This document shows positions 36,554 to 48,491 of a stretch of DNA of 64,000 nt, one piece after another. Source of the DNA: Macrostomum hystrix (Eukaryota > Animalia > Platyhelminthes); NCBI GenBank assembly GCA_950097015.1, contig CATNEN010000010.1, forward strand, positions 3,100,001-3,164,000, given 5' to 3'. The notes below the pieces were generated by a model that saw only the letters and a program-made list of their open reading frames with translations, was not told the DNA's origin and made no database searches. Each line of letters starts with the position of its first letter. Positions within the stretch are counted from its first letter, which is position 1. A program made the translations under genes and the position numbers.

Positions 36554-39500
36554 TTAAAAATTGGCTTCAAATATGGCTTTGGTCTTGCTGGGCGCCTCCG
36601 GAGTGACCACAGTGACGGGGGCGAACGGATTCTCGCTAGTCTGCAGGTAGGTCTGAAACCAGGTTAATTAGATTATGTTAGAGTTGGTGGGTGTCAAGTT
36701 AATTAATTGCCTTAAGCAACTCACATGAGCATAGGACAGGGCGTTGCGCCGCTCAGCCACCGAAGCCTGCTTGCCAACATAGACGTACACTTCGAATCCG
36801 TTGTCTATGATGAACACATCCTGCAGAGTGAATGTGAGATTATCCGCATGTTACTACTTATACGGGCTCGGTGAGTAGGCTAGTAGAGAACATGAAACAA
36901 CAAGGAGTTGGTCATCACACTGACATCTTCGGTGACTCCGCCGCGGCTCAGCGAGTCGGTCTGGATCTGCTCGAACTGCAGCTGGCCGGATTCGTCAGAC
37001 AGTCTGCGTGGAGGCGAAGCGGGAGTGACAGTTCAGGAGCGGTCAGGACAGAGGACTGAGAACTCTGCCATCAAAGCTGCCGGACTCACCTGAGCATCCG
37101 CTTCTCGGTGCCGCGGCTGGACTGCCGCTGCAGTTGGCCAAGCTGATCGGCCTCGGCTTCCTCCTCGGTCAGCGAAGCGTAGAACTCGTGCTGCAAAAAT
37201 TGGCGATGGGGACTGACTGTGTGCTGGGGATTCGGGGCTGAGAGTGGGTTTGTCAGTGGGCTGAGAGTGGGTTTGTCAGTGGGCTGAGAGTGGGTTTGTC
37301 AGTGGGCTGAGAGTGGATTTGTCAGTGGGCTGAGAGTGGGTTTGTCAGTGGGCTGAGAGTGGATTTGTCAGTGGGCTGAGAGTGGGTTTGTCAGTGGGCT
37401 GAGAGTGGGTTTGTCAGTGGACTGAGAGTGGGTTTGTCAGTGGGCTGAGAGTGGGTTTGTCAGTGGGCTGAGAGTGGGTTTGTCAGTGGGCTGAGAGTGG
37501 GTTTGTCAGTGGGCTGAGAGTGGGTTTGTCAGTGGGCTGAGAGTGGGTTTGTCAGTGGGCTGAGAGTGGGTTTGTCAGTGGGCTGAGAGTGGGTTTGTCA
37601 GTGGGCTGAGAGTGGGTTTGTCAGTGGGCTGAGAGTGGGTTTGTCAGTGGGCTGAGAGTGGGTTCGTCAGTGGGCTGAGAGTGGGTTTGTCAGTGGGCTG
37701 AGAGTGGGTTTGTCAGTGGGCTGAGAGTGGGTTTGTCAGTGGGCTGAGAGTGGGTTTGTCAGTGGGCTGAGAGTGGGTTTGTCAGTGGGCTGAGAGTGGG
37801 TTTGTCAGTGGGCTGAGAGTGAACTGGCAGTGGGTTTATTGAGTGAACTGGCATTGGGTTTATTGAGTGAACTGGCAGTGGGTTTATTGAGTGAACTGGC
37901 ATTGGGTTTATTGAGTGAACTGGCAGTGGGTTTATTGAGTGAACTGGCAGTGGGTTTATTCGGTCACGGCGAGCTCACAGTGGGGTCGGCTGAGTCCTCT
38001 TCAATAACTTCGCAGGCCAGCCGTCCGTTGCGCTCGCTCTTGAGTCCCTGCAGGTACTGGGCGGCCTTGAAGCGCTCATTTTTATTCGCTCCCTTGCTGT
38101 TCCACTGGATAGCGCGATCGCCCAGGTCCAGGATGTATACATCCGTGTTGTCCAGCAATTTGCGCGACTTGGCCACTTCCCACACCTCAATGTTCTGCCG
38201 CTCACCCTGAGAATAAATTATGGATTTGGAAGGATAAAATCGCTTAGTCTATGGTCCTATGGCCTGCAGCAAATGATGCCTTCCCTCACCTTAAAGTGCA
38301 GCAGGCGGGGCTTGTACTCGCGAGTTCTGACATTGCGAAATCCACTGGGACAGCCGCCAGCCAGGTAAGTGATCTCAGGGAAATAGCTGCGCATCAGCTG
38401 GCTCTCGTAGCCCTGCACTTCGCGGTGCTGAACAGGCAGGTCGTCCAGCAGGGTGTCCAACTCGACGGTCTTGTAGGCGGCCGTGCCGTACTCGTCTGCC
38501 GTGCTCTCCCGGCCAATCCAAAAGTGCACATCGTAGCAGAGCTTGTCATTCTCCAGGTAGGCGTTCAGAATAATGTAAGAGTCGCCGCTGTAGAACTTTC
38601 CGTGGAGTTCTTTGGGCCACTCCACCACTTTGAAGTTCTGCGGATTTTGCGGCGAGATTCGATGGCCAGTGCTTTGTTGCCACGGATAATGGGAAAGCCA
38701 TTGGCGCATGCGATTTGCCTATAGTTTTCAGCTGACAACAGGGCCAAGGCCGAGCCGTTCCTTACGAGAGATGGAGAGATAGGGGGAGTCGAAGAGGAGA
38801 GGAGAAGAGAGGAACGGGAAGCGAGAGGAGATGAAGAGAGGAGAGAGGCGAATAGACGAGAGATGGTAAGAGAAGGGAAAGGGGAAGTGAGAGGGGAGAG
38901 GGCAAAATATAGAAGGGAGAGATTAAGAGCCAGTGAGTCAGACTGTTAATTGTAAGTTCACAATCCAGGATTGTGATTTTAGCTTAGACAGTTTTTCATA
39001 AATCTGAAACTCACAACTTGGCGGCAATAACTTTGGGCCCGTTCTATCAAGCTTGCGTATCCTTTAAGTTCCAACTTACGTTGGCACTGTGTCGTAAAAT
39101 GTTCGGTGAAGCCATCGTATCTTAAGATCGTTCTTAGATTCCAGTAGCTTCTTAAGTCATCGCGGACGCGTAATTTTGCGTTCGGTGAAACTTTGTGAAT
39201 TCTCAGGCACCAATCCCTAAGTTTGATCGTAGCCACTGCTTAAGTTAAGACGCATCGACGAATGTTTCACCGAACGCACTTAAGAACGCTCTGAGACGGT
39301 TCTTAACTGTCCTGCGTAAGATAGAGCTTACGACGGAAATTACGAACACTTTATAGTACGGGCCCCTTTTCAGGTAAAAATTAATTAAAAAATGAACATC
39401 GAAGATAAGAATAACGGCAGAAAGTAATGCAGTTTCAGTATTGCAAGAAAGCACACGGAACATGCTCCAATGCTCACCTCAATCCGCCACACATACAGGT

Positions 39501-39709
39501 GAGGCCGCCTGTTCTCCAGCACCGGAGTCCAGGCTGGCTCCTTTTCGGCAGACTCTTCTGAAATTGGAAAAACAATAACAAAATAGATTTACACAGTCAA
39601 AAGAGAAGCTGGTTGCTTAATCGGGCTTACTTTTCACTTGTCTATCCAAATCGGAGCCAAACAGGGCCAGATTGCTATCCCTCCAGTCATACTGCTTAGC
39701 TTTCTGCAT
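36554..39709 (-). CDS. GSN: Three-domain gelsolin/severin-like actin-binding protein (exons 39709-39631, 39557-39478, 38637-38290, 38206-37979, 37190-37090, 37003-36925, 36820-36725, 36652-36554; 369 aa)
   Basis: [96 protein letters not shown]. All eight exons join in phase. Confidence 0.93.
37234..37960. repeat. Compound intronic array: 23-bp (GGCTGAGAGTGGGTTTGTCAGTG) followed by 24-bp (GAGTGAACTGGCAGTGGGTTTATT)
   Basis: Two related units sharing GTGGGTTT in gelsolin intron 4. Confidence 0.95.
39035..39365. mobile_element. MITE with ~25-bp imperfect TIRs (PIF/Harbinger-like GGGCCC ends) in gelsolin intron 2
   Basis: Left GGGCCCGTTCTATCAAGCTTGCGTA; right end reverse-complemented GGGCCCGTACTATAAAGTGTTCGTA; CTTT on both flanks; internal TTCGGTGAA/TTCACCGAA motifs. 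Confidence 0.7.
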
Positions 39710-40604
39710 GACTAAAGCCTTGTCCTAGAAACTAGCTATAGCAGTCCAGCAAAGCACAGAGAACAAGCCAGAGCTGGGCTTAATTTAATAAGAAAGCATC
39801 ACTATTTATTTTAATCTAAGAGACAATCGCCCCGAGGGGGTGTGAGTTTGCCTTTTTGAGCAGTCCGCCTGCCCGACTGAGTCCGTGCTCGTGCGCAAAC
39901 GCAGCCAGGAATTATAAAGAGAGAATTGAAGCCGAGAAAATAAACGAGCAGGGGAGGGGCTCAGGGCGAGCAGGTGGTGCATTGCGTGCCAGTTCTAAAG
40001 CGATCCCATTGGGCGGGGGGGATGAATGAGCACGGAGACACACGCACACACATATTTTAATTGTGCCAGAATTGAAATAGCAACAGAACAGAAGTTATTA
40101 GTCATAGAATCCAACCGCCAGTCGTATGGTTCTTCTCAGAATCTTAAAATGGGTACCAGGATTGGCTTAGATAGAAATGTAATAGTATCACAGTATCGAT
40201 CGTAATAGCTGATAAATGAAAAACTCTTGTGAACAAAACGCACAATAGAATGCTAATGTATTTGTCACGAGATGTGGGACACAAGAAGCAATGATTCGAC
40301 AATAATCAGAAAATACAGCACTGCAATTCACCAGGGTGTAGGGTAAAATAGACAAAATAGATGACGAGTATAATGAATCTAATCAGAAATGTCGGCATAT
40401 TCGCGAATAGCTGGAAGTGCATAATAGTGTGCCGAAGGTGCTAAAAAAGCAGTGCAAAACAAAACAAGCCATGAGAAATGCCAATCATTCAACAGAAATC
40501 GCCGACAATGGTTCTAATAAACAACAAATTTGACGTCAAATAGTTTTAAAATATTAAATAGCTAATTTATACGACTGCGGCAAACACGCACTTGCGAGCC
40601 CCGG

Positions 40605-42687
40605 TCACGTAGCGTGCCGAAATGGCATCAGGAAGGTGGCAAAATGCTCATAGACAACAAATGTGATGCAACAGGCCGGAGTGACCCTGAGCAGTGTCGG
40701 CAGCAGGCCTTTGTAGAAACCGCGCCAGCCTTCAACTGTCAGCAGGTCGCGGCAGACGCGGAGGGCTCCGCGGGCCTCCCGGTGCTGCTCCTGCAGGCGG
40801 GAGCGCACCACCTGGTAGGGATAAGTGGTGGCGGCTGCCACAATCTTTGACAGGGCAGCGCAGCCCAGGTACACCAAGGTGGGCAGCTTGGCATTGGCTG
40901 GCAGCTGATTGGAAGCCGTGTAAGCATTCTTCATCTTCTCGTACACCAGGAACTGGATGGCTCCGTGGGAGACGCCAAGCAGGCCCGGCACGTAGCCCTG
41001 AATTGGGATGAAGGATTTGGCGCTGTGAGCCGAATAAAATCCCTCATATTCAGGGGTTAATGAGGATTCACGACAGGTTATAAGGACAGATAATAAGGAT
41101 CTGGAATGGGACAGATTATGAGGATCTGGAATGGGACAGATAATGAGGATCTGGAATGGGACAGATTATGAGGATCTGGAATGGGACAGATTATGAGGAT
41201 CTGGAATGGGACAGATAATGAGGATCTGGAATGGGACAGATTATGAGGATCTGGAATGGGACAGATTATGAGGATCTGGAATGGGACAGATTATGAGGAT
41301 CTGGAATGGGACAGATTATGAGGATCTGGAATGGGACAGATAATGAGGATCTGGAATGGGACAGATAATGAGGATCTGGAATGGGACAGATAATGAGGAT
41401 CTGGAATGGGACAGATTATGAGGATCTGGAATGGGACAGATAATGAGGATCTGGAATGGGACAGATTATGAGGATCTGGAATGGGACAGATAATGAGGAT
41501 CTGGAATGGGACAGATTATGAGGATCTGGAATGGGACAGATTATGAGGATCTGGAATGGGACAGATTATGAGGATCTGGAATGGGACAGATTATGAGGAT
41601 CTGGAATGGGACAGATTATTAGGATCTGGAATGGGACAGATTATGAGGATCTGGAATGGGATACAAAATCTACATCTAAATCTACATCTGGAATGGGACA
41701 GATATTGATGATCTGGGATGGAACAAAATATGGGGATCAAGAATGGGACACACCTGTAAGATTTAAGATGGGATATTTTGAGGATTTGAGGGTCCTAGAA
41801 ACTGTGATTCTCACCTTGTACAAGCCGGCCAAGCCTTCAAACCTGGCAATGCAGTAGAGCGCGTGCAGCATGCCGCGGTAGTTGTACACGGTGGGCCCGC
41901 CTCCGTACTGCAGGCACAGCCGGGTCTTGCACACCCAGATGGGATTGGTGAACACCAGAGTGATGGCGCCAGACGCGGCAGCGGCTCCCATGAGCTCGCT
42001 GGCGCCAAGCCGGGCTGTCCGATCGCCGCCCTGCAGCTGCACCTTGGCAGCCTCGTAGAACAGAAAGTACAGGCCCCAGCTTGCCCCGGCGCCCCACAGG
42101 TTGGGAACCACACCGGCGTACAGGCCGGACAGGCCCTGGCTCCTGTAGATGCTTGTCATGGCGTGCAGCAGGCCGCGGTAGACTGGGCGCGAGCTCGGCC
42201 GGCCGCTGGACCCGACGCCTTCGTCCACCTTGGTTGGGATGGGAGAAATAAATATAGACAATAGGACTGGGGATCAATCGACTTGGGCCATTGGGAACTG
42301 TGAATTGATCCCATTGGGCCATTGGCAACTGGGATTGATGGAATTGGGTTATAGGGATCCAGGACTATTTTAAATTGGTCATTGAGATTAGAGACAACTG
42401 TGAAAGGGTCATTGGGATCAGGGACTACTCTTAATGGTCATTGGGAACAGGGACTATTCTAAATGGGTTTTTCAGAATTTAGATTAATCCTACAACCGCA
42501 TCATTAACCGGTAATCCTAAATTTCTCAACAGACCTGGAAGCGAACCTTGACGAGGTCGAGCGGGTGCAAGGCCAGCGTCGATAGCAGGCCGCCGGTCAT
42601 GCCGGCTGCCATATTCTCCCAGTGCGCGTTGCCTAGCAACTGACGCTGCCAGCTGGTCCTGCCGCTGTCGGCACCGCTGCTGGACAT
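40605..42687 (-). CDS. SLC25A32: Mitochondrial folate/FAD carrier, SLC25 family (exons 42687-42535, 42228-41815, 40997-40605; 319 aa)
   Basis: Three carrier repeats with signature motifs [25 protein letters not shown] and [14 protein letters not shown], plus [14 protein letters not shown] and [16 protein letters not shown] typical of SLC25A32. Confidence 0.92.
41094..41720. repeat. 25-bp minisatellite (GAGGATCTGGAATGGGACAGATTAT) in SLC25A32 intron 2
   Basis: Tandem array. Confidence 0.95.
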
Positions 42688-43109
42688 AATGCTGGTTGCT
42701 TAGCTGGCTAGATACTTGGCGAGATCAACACGAAGACTGAAAGTATGAAGGAAATTAAAAAAATAATAAACACAGGCGCTTTCTAAAAAATCAGCGAAAC
42801 TATAGTACGAGTAGTAGGAGCTCTGAAATGACATTGCAAAATAAGGAAGTCGAGAATTCAAGCTGCTTTTGGCTCGTAGAAATTAGCGCCAATTGCTATT
42901 TAGCTATCAGTTTAATGACGAACAATTACAATTAACTAAGATAGCAGATATCTTCAAAGGTAGTCGCTCAGTTAACATTAATTTAGTTACCTAGGACAAG
43001 ATAAATGCCTGCAGATGTTCACTGAAGTGCAGGGCCAACCGCACATGGTGTTGCTTTTGATACGAGTAATTAAAGAGAAGCAAAACACAATAAAAAAACA
43101 GCAGTCCGT

Positions 43110-44812
43110 TCACTGATCCAGCTGCACATCGAAGTTGACATCGACCATCTCTTCCTCCTCGATCGGCTTGATCCATACAACTCGCAACTGAACTCGCCTG
43201 TCACCCGAGCCTGCATTGGTAGATGCGTCTTCCGCTGCCTTGCCTTTAACCGCATTCTGGTATTGTATCATGGCCGACATGTCAACCCGGGCGCCGACAG
43301 ACAATACGGGAAGGAAGCTGGGCAGATTGGCGCCAAAGCCGAAGGCTGTGTGGCTGGTGACCGACTCTGCCCAGCGCCAGCTACCGCCGGGATTCACGCG
43401 CTTGTAGAGCTTCTTGGTGCGGATTACGAAACTGCAGAATCTATTGTTGGCCTGCAGCACCTGCAAGGTAGGAGAAGCAGATTCACTAACCATAAAGTTC
43501 ATAGAGCACAATGTACTTTTAATCTATATTTCTGTGTACTTTATGGAAAAAAGTACGTTTTTGTAAAAAATGCCAAAAATAGTATATTGTAGGGTTTTCC
43601 GTATCTTTAGAAACAATTGATACTTATATACTTCTCAGCAAAAAGTTACACCGTTTGCCTGCAGAACTTTGATAGCTCAGTCAAACACAGAGTCAGCGAG
43701 CTTCTCTAGCTCGGTGTCTGTGAAGGTCGACCAGCATGCAACAACTGACTGAGAATTCACTAAGTGGTCAGGGTCAGCCAATAAGTTTCTGATTACTGAC
43801 ACTGTACTGATTACTGTACGATTCCTTGGTATTATTGCAGTAAGTTGCGGAGGCTGCGCAAGAATCTCCGAGCCCGATTGTCGCCTATTCGTGCCCCAAA
43901 AAGGAACTGCTGTTCAGCAGTAGACAATTTAGTGTCGTGGGGCATGGCCGTAATTGAATGGCTAGCTGCTACTGCATTCATATTTCTGAATTCCTCAAAG
44001 TGGAGAGCATGAGATGCAAATGTTAATTTAAAGTTATTATACGCTAGATTAACTGAATTTGTAGCAATCAAAGCAATGAAATACACAATACATCGATTGT
44101 GCTTGGATGTTTCTAAAGATTTGGGACACCTCGAATTGGTGGGTATTAGCGCTAGAAGCGGATGTGATTGCACAACTGACTGCCCACATGCGCATTCCCA
44201 ATTGTAGCAGGTTGTAACTGATAAGGCTGACATTTATAGTCTTTTCGCAATTACCAGTTAGTTGTTTTCGTGTTTCTAAATATTTAGGACGGAGTGCAGA
44301 AACCTTGCCTAGTGCAGTGGACCAGACGAAAAGCCAGGAGCACAGAAGCAGCTGTTGCGTACAGCTGTTCAGTCCATGGACTGGGGGCTGTCCACCAAAT
44401 GCCATTTACAGAAAGCTGAACTGAAGCACTAGAAAATTAATTGCCTTATTCAAGGACACATTTTTTCCCCTTAGGCTGGTATTAATTACTGGGAATATGC
44501 TTGCATACACCAGGCAATATTTTCCCAAGATAAGCTTAAATAATATTATTATTAGTAAAATAGTAAAAAAACACGCAGTCCCAGCCGCACCCTTGTGATA
44601 GTGCCGCGCAGCCGGATCTCATTGTGATCGCGGGGCAGCGGACTATTGCGGAACTGGCCAGTTGAATCACCGGCGCCGGATCGCTGCCAGTTCGAGTCAT
44701 TGTTGGTATTCCTTCCATTCCAGGTGTACAAGCTGGCCGACCAGAGCGGCACCAGCTGCTGCTGCTGCTGCAGAAGCCGACGCGCAATTGCATTGCTAGC
44801 CGTCGAGAGCAT
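43110..44812 (-). CDS. Divergent SSB-like OB-fold protein B with a putative mitochondrial presequence (exons 44812-44591 and 43460-43110; 190 aa)
   Basis: The phase-0 join AGG|GTGCGG...TTGCAG|GTG gives HNEIRLRGTITRVLQANNRFCSFVIRT...VTSH...GARVDMSAMIQY...EEEEMVDVNFDVQLDQ, following the SSB order N-x-V-x-L-x-G...F-S-L-A-T...H...G-x-x-V-x-V-x-G-x-I-x-Y with an acidic tail. N-terminus MLSTASNAIARRLL is rich in R/L/S/A. Confidence 0.6.
44340..44500 (-). mobile_element. Degenerate SINE copy related to 195-480
   Basis: Reverse complement reads TGTGTCCTTGAATAAGGCAATTAA...TGCTTCAGTTCAGC...TGTAAATGG...CCCCCAGTCCATGGACTGAACAGCTGTACGCA, matching the core and 3' part of the first SINE. Confidence 0.65.
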
Positions 44813-45294
44813 GTTAAATTCTTTTTTGTACGACGCGATGCGTCTGTCTACTGAAAGTAGGGAAGTAAAGTAAATGTGCTGCTAGTTAATTTTTAGTCTC
44901 TTGGGCTTAATCTACTATAAACAAGTTTAATCTTTAGCTTCAATCATTAAAATAATTCAAAACAAATAAAAAAAGCCGTAAAAAACAATAAAATTAGTAG
45001 CAAAATTAAAAAGACTTTGTTTTCAGAAACAGCTTCTTACACGCCACCAAGAACAAAGGTTCTTAACAATTTGTGCTAACAAAAAATATTTTAAATACTA
45101 ACAACTGGTATTAGCTAGCATATGATGGAGTGACAGTTCTAGCGGCCTAACTGGTAAACAGTAATAGTATCGATAGTGTCTACTTTCCAGGTAAAACAGG
45201 CCGTGGCTCAGATATAGACACTCATTCAAACAAGGCCACATCAGCTAGATGGGGCAGTGAGAGAAGCTGCAGAATCAAATGCTAAGCCTCATAT

Positions 45295-46134
45295 TTATAA
45301 GTCCTTGCTGTCACCCCAGGAGTCCGACTGCGGGGCGCCCCGCCTGCCGCCTGGGCGCCTGACGCTGGGACTCTCGTCGGCCCAGCCGTCATCGGCCTGA
45401 CTGACTTCCTCAACCTGATTGTTACCTCGGACGTTGTCGTCTTCAAATTGTCGACGTTGCCGACGCTGCGGCCGGCGCTGTTGAGCATCGAACTGAGCGG
45501 ACGAGGCGTCGACCCTGCCGCCGGCGCGGTCAGTCAGAGCCAGGGGAACCAGCCGGGCGATGCGAATGATTGGCTCGAACTTCAAGGCCACCGGGCCGTC
45601 AGCTTGGCTGGTCTCGGCATCATCGGCGGCGTCGGATTCAGCGGCTTCTACGCTGGCCGAACGTCGGCGGAGCGGGCGGTAGGCCAGCTGGCCAACCACT
45701 TCAAGCCGGCTACCCGGATACAGATACTGGGAGGCGTCGGCAGACTCGCTGCTTTCATTGGCGCTGACGATGGGCCCGGTTACTAGATGAACTGCACGCT
45801 CGATACGCACAGCAGGCTGCTGCTGCTGCTCCTCCTGCTGCTGCCCGTCCGGAGCTCTGGTTCGCAGCCGCCTCTCTGTAGACAGCAGAAAGGTGGCCCA
45901 GGATGCGCTGAGGTCTAGCACCTTGTTGACTCGACCGACTAGGCGAACTTCATTGAAGTCCAAGGCTACTCGGCGAGTGTTCTTCTGTTGCTGCTGACCG
46001 TCAGGTTGGTAGCTTTCGTCGGCGGCTGTGGAACTGAATGAGGCGACGGTCCTAGGCCCGCGCTGAAGGAAGCCGGCGGAGCCACCGAGGCGGCTGAAAC
46101 TGGCGACGGCCGCAGAGAGAAAGCGAAGAGGCGC
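45295..46134 (-). CDS. Divergent SSB-like OB-fold protein A with a putative mitochondrial presequence; 279-codon frame containing no ATG
   Basis: The frame opens at acceptor TTTTTCAG|GCG (46134): APLRFLSAAVASFSRLGG...FNEVRLVGRVNK...ATFLLSTE...VHLV...YLYPGSRLEVVGQLAYR, then an acidic/Arg-Gly tail. Confidence 0.65.
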   Translation of the reverse strand, partial: APLRFLSAAVASFSRLGGSAGFLQRGPRTVASFSSTAADESYQPDGQQQQKNTRRVALDFNEVRLVGRVNKVLDLSASWATFLLSTERRLRTRAPDGQQQEEQQQQPAVRIERAVHLVTGPIVSANESSESADASQYLYPGSRLEVVGQLAYRPLRRRSASVEAAESDAADDAETSQADGPVALKFEPIIRIARLVPLALTDRAGGRVDASSAQFDAQQRRPQRRQRRQFEDDNVRGNNQVEEVSQADDGWADESPSVRRPGGRRGAPQSDSWGDSKDL

Positions 46135-46193
46135 CTGAAAAAAAGGTTTTTATAGAGATGTGAGCCTCAGACTGTCAGCTGTGAATATCTTCT

Positions 46194-46943
46194 AAGCATA
46201 GGCTTGTCAGGCGTGAATATCTGTGAGCATAGGCTTGTCAGGTGTGAATATCTGTGAGCATAGGCTTGTCAGGTGTGAATATCTGTGAGCATAGGCTTGT
46301 CAGGTGTGAATAGCTGTGAGCATAGGCTTGTCAGGTGTGAATAGCTGTGAGCATAGGCTTATCAGGTGTGAATAGCTGTGAGCATAGGCTTGTCAGGTGT
46401 GAATATCTGTGAGCATAGGCTTGTCAGGTGTGAATATCTGTGAGCATAGGCTTGTCAGGTGTGAATAGCTGTGAGCATAGGCTTGTCAGGTGTGAATAGC
46501 TGTGAGCATAGGCTTGTCAGGTGTGAATAGCTGTGAGCATAGGCTTGTCAGGTGTGAATAGCTGTGAGCATAGGCTTGTCAGGTGTGAATAGCTGTGAGC
46601 ATAGGCTTATCAGGTGTGAATAGCTGTGAGCATAGGCTTGTCAGGTGTGAATAGCTGTGAGCATAGGCTTGTCAGGTGTGAATAGCTGTGAGCATAGGCT
46701 TGTCAGGTGTGAATAGCTGTGAGCATAGGCTTGTCAGGTGTGAAAATCTGTGAGCATAGGCTTGTCAGGTGTGAATATCTGTGAGCATAGGCTTGTCAGG
46801 TGTGAATATCTGTGAGCATAGGCTTGTCAGGTGTGAATAGCTGTGAGCATAGGCTTGTCAGGTGTGAATAGCTGTGAGCATAGGCTTGTCAGGTGTGAAT
46901 ATCTGTGAGCATAGGCTTGTCAGGTATGAATAGCTGTGAGCAT
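46194..46943. repeat. 31-bp minisatellite (GAGCATAGGCTTGTCAGGTGTGAATAGCTGT)
   Basis: About 24 copies immediately upstream of the SSB-like A acceptor. Confidence 0.96.
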
Positions 46944-48491
46944 TATATGGCATATAACCCTCGATAAGCGATCGATCGATAACCCTCGATGAAAATCTGC
47001 AGTCGATTTGCCGCGAAAGTTACCACTATGATGTATTTGGCTTGCGACAACAATATAAGAACCAGATACCAAATTAATGAATACAAATAACACGCAAATT
47101 TATACACACAAACTGATATTTAGCAGAAAGCGAAAGCAGAGAATCTGTTTTGTTGTGCAAGAAAGCAGAGCCAATAATTTTCTACGTTAATTTTTTTCGG
47201 GCGCCAGAGCAGAAGCAAAACGAATATTTAAAACAGCACAAACAGTCTAATAAGTCCTGTCCACATGCTGTTAAAATTGATCTGATTCATATTTAAATAA
47301 ACACACTAGCCTACACACTTGGCCGCTAGCCAAAAAGAGCACGTAAAGCAGACATAGATGAAGCTGGCTACCTTCCAGAGCCCAATATTCATCACTCGCA
47401 GATAAAACTGGAAGCAGCAGGGCAAGAGAGAATCCGAACACAGCGGGGCTGGCTGGGTGGCCGAGGAAAATTAAAAAAGCGAGCAGAAATAGAAAGAAAC
47501 ACAATAAACGAATCGGCTGACCCAAAGAAAACCCGAAAAATATCATAATCGAATAATAGGAACACGCCTGCACCCACAATAAACCCACCTAGTCATTCTC
47601 AGGGAACACGAGAAATCAAGCTTTAACAGTGCGACAAATCGACTGATCGCTAGCTTGAAAAAATAAAAGTACAAAAAGTTCCGAAATAAAATAATCATCG
47701 CCTAAGCACTGTACAAAGCATGGCGGAGCTTGAGTAGGGAAATAAAAATCCAGTAGTTAATAGGGGGGGAAGCGGCCTTGCAAAAAAGCAGTGTTCGGAA
47801 TTCAATCAAATCGAAAAATGAGTGCGTGAACTACTACTAGAAGTAGCTGTTACGGGCACGGAGAATAATAGATGACAAAAATAGATGCACGAAGCATGGA
47901 ATGCTTGTATTAGTTAGAATCTCAGGTTACACTGCATGCTGTGCCATAACAAATCTACATATTCCTAGGTGGATGAAGGTAACCACCCAGTAACCAAGAA
48001 CAACAAGAACAGCATTATTGGGCTGTTTATCCCAATTTTACAGCTAATCATTTGCATGGCTGTCATTTTCTTAGACTTTAAAGTCCCAGGTGAATTCTGA
48101 TAAAGATCTAACAAAACTGTTCTGAATTAAATGGGTAATTGCACACAGCGCAATTGAGAAATTACTAAAAAAATATTAATCAATAAATAAAATTAGTTAG
48201 ATACTTATATATACACACTAAAAATGAAATATGAGCTCATCTCTGTTGCTATACTGACCAGTGACAACTGAAATAGGGGGGGTGAAGGTCACAAAGTGGG
48301 GACAATAAGACAATCCGAACACAGCAATGAGAACCTCCGAGCAGGTCTTAAGCCCCACTCACGCGCACTGAGGTAAAAGGAAAGAACCGAAATGAATCTA
48401 ATTTTTCAGAGCCCATTCCGAACAAAATCAAAAAGAAATTAGCCAGCATAGTAATTCTGTTCCAGCTGAAGCAGCTGAGTGCGACCGCATT

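Noticed and set aside
47271-47588. Hydrophobic 105-aa minus-strand ORF
   Set aside because: It is a T-rich low-complexity sequence in the probable MFSD14 3' UTR or intergenic region, with no family motifs.
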